Below, one piece after another: positions 62,302 through 64,000 of a stretch of DNA of 64,000 bases. The DNA lies in NCBI GenBank assembly GCA_043228905.1, contig JBHGNT010000012.1, positions 15,438,001 through 15,502,000 of the forward strand, read 5' to 3'. The translations under genes were made by a program, and so were the position numbers. The notes below the pieces were generated by a model. That model made no database searches. It had not been told where the DNA came from and saw only the letters and a list, made by a program, of their open reading frames with translations. The stretch's first letter is position 1. Each line of letters opens with the position of its first letter. The stretch comes from Azolla caroliniana. Lineage: Eukaryota > Plantae > Polypodiophyta.

Positions 62302-62310
62302 TGGTAAGGA

Positions 62311-63245
62311 TTATTGATAAGAGACATCCTTGCCTGTCCACACTCTCTGTGCAACATCACCCTTTAATGGTACTGAGGGAGACCTGTTGATCAGATAAAC
62401 ATATGTGTACATCGCCTTGGCCCAATAGGATTTCAGCAGTTTTGCATGAGAGAGCATGCTCCTTACCCTCTCCATGATCGTTCGATTCATCCTCTCTGCA
62501 AGCCCGTTCAACTCTAGGGTCTTTCGCACTGTGTATTCGATCCGAATACCTTGGCACTTGCAGTACTCGTCAAACTACCCTCTATATTTGCCACCGTTGT
62601 CGGTTCGGACAACCTTCAACTTCCGACTCGACTCTCGTTCAGCTGTAGCGTGGAACTCCTTGAAAACTGACAATACTTGATCCTTCGACTTCAGTACGAA
62701 GGCCCATGTCTTCCGACTATAGTCGTCAATAAACGTCACAAAGTACTGTCCACCTCGATGCGATTGAGCATCTACATAGCACACATCCGTGTGTACCAGT
62801 TGCAGTGGCACTTCTCTTCTTCTCGGTGGTCTTGTGTGGAAAGCTGCTCTGTTTTGCTTTCCGACTAAGCAGTCGACACACTTCTCCAGGTGCACTCCCT
62901 TGACTTCTGGTAGAAGCTTTTGGTCGGATAGTATGTGCATTCCTTTCTCACTCATGTGGCCTAGTCTCTTATGCCATACCTCTCCTGCCGAGTTGGCTGC
63001 CACATTTACTTCAAATTTGCACAGTTGGGCATGCATCATATATAATGTGCCTTCTTTCTGTGCTCAGGCCACTATAAGATTCCCTCGGCAGAACTTCCAC
63101 TTGCCATTCCGAAAACTACCACTATAGCCTTCGCCATCTAACCTTCTAGTCGATATCAAATTCAATCTTATATCAGGGACGTGTCGAATATCCTTCAGAG
63201 TTAGTCGACACCCTGTCGACGTCGTCAAGCAAACACTTCCGACTC
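62311..63245 (-). pseudogene. Copia pol fragment (protease end, GAG-pre-integrase, integrase)
   Basis: Motifs WHKRLGH..CVDC, VHTDVC, FIDDYSR, RTDNGG and NGLAERMNRT; related to 45800-46800. Confidence 0.88.
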
Positions 63246-63689
63246 CGGTGGAGCTAGACCAGTGAGTTATTACGCTTTCTTTGAAGGATGGCTGCTTCCA
63301 AGCCCAACCCCTTGTTATCATCGCTTGATCACCTCCTTTTCCACTAAGTGATTGCTTAAGGACCTTAGTGTACGATCTAGGTTGTTTCCATCTCGACTTT
63401 GGATCTTAGCACTTGAAGTCTGTCTATACAAACCCTTCGCGCGTGTGTGTTACTTGGGTGGGACCATCGGGGTCTTGGACTAGGGAGTACGAATGGATAG
63501 AGAAAATCCGAGGTTTGCTTTACGACAATACTACTTCCCGACCCCTTCTTGAGCAAGGGCTCATTGCCCCTTTTGTGGGGCCGGTGGCTTTCGTTCATCA
63601 CGAGTTTTTGAGTTTTCAAGATCACCGCATGAGCCAACTGATCAAATGGGTACAAGCAAAGATGAGCACGCCAAATGAACACACAAGGG

Positions 63690-64000
63690 GATGAGAACAC
63701 AAACACGAATGCCCGTACATCTTTATCAGGAGGAGAGGTGCATGGGCACGCCCAAACCCTCCCTTGTCACAAGACGTCGAACGTACAAGGAAGACGCAAA
63801 ACACATGCACAAATGCTCGTACACCTTTAGGAGGAGAGGTGCATGGGCAAGCCCGAATGCTCCCTCATCACAAGACGACCGAACGTACAAGGAAGACACA
63901 AACACACACACAAATACTCGTACGTTTTTATGAGGAGGAGAGGTGCATGGGCATGCCCGAAACGCTCCCTCGTCACAAGATGGCCGAACATACAAGGAAG
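63690..64000. repeat. ~100-bp tandem repeat, at least 3 units, running off the window
   Basis: GAGGAGAGGTGCATGGGCA...CACAAGA..CGAACGTACAAGGAAG recurs at ~63730, 63831 and 63935. Confidence 0.85.

Larger units (their letters stand above)
58932..62303 (+). pseudogene. Spliced gene: ParB/Srx-like domain plus beta-class N6A/N4C DNA methyltransferase-like domain (3'-truncated)
   Basis: Predicted exons 58932-58966, 59758-61375, 61452-61590 and 61673-62303, with GT..AG introns; exon 3 is open in frame with exon 2. ParB-like sequence: REPHRMHV..PFIVMV..YFVIGGSHSAEARRQL..EEAKLLAWDHN..MSSIER. MTase-like sequence: NVICGDVVDMIQKVPKKEYTLMIVDIPY..RIVVFHS..IENLAW. Confidence 0.7.

Overview
This is a gene-free, heterochromatin-like eukaryotic window made almost entirely of nested transposable elements, most consistent with a non-seed land plant. 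That assignment is an inference from the plant tRNA primer sites, the plant-type organellar rRNA fragment and the element types. It contains: one apparently intact, very young Ty3/gypsy element (5243-12537, minus strand) with apparently identical 796-bp LTRs, a tRNA-Trp PBS, a 4-bp TSD and a predicted -1 frameshift; a decayed sibling of that element; RTE/RTEX-like and L1 LINE relics; an intron-containing hAT element; a chromodomain gypsy; several copia relics; a ~2.2-kb non-autonomous LTR element with a Tf1-like self-priming signature; and a decayed LSU rRNA insertion that is probably mitochondrial. The most notable item is at 55.2-62.3 kb: a Sola-type DDD transposase lies head-to-head with a spliced, now pseudogenised gene that encodes a ParB/Srx-like domain followed by a prokaryote-like beta-class amino (N6A/N4C) DNA methyltransferase domain. 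This is a candidate eukaryotic DNA transposon carrying its own ParB-MTase module. All domain calls come from motif recognition by eye; no database searches were run.
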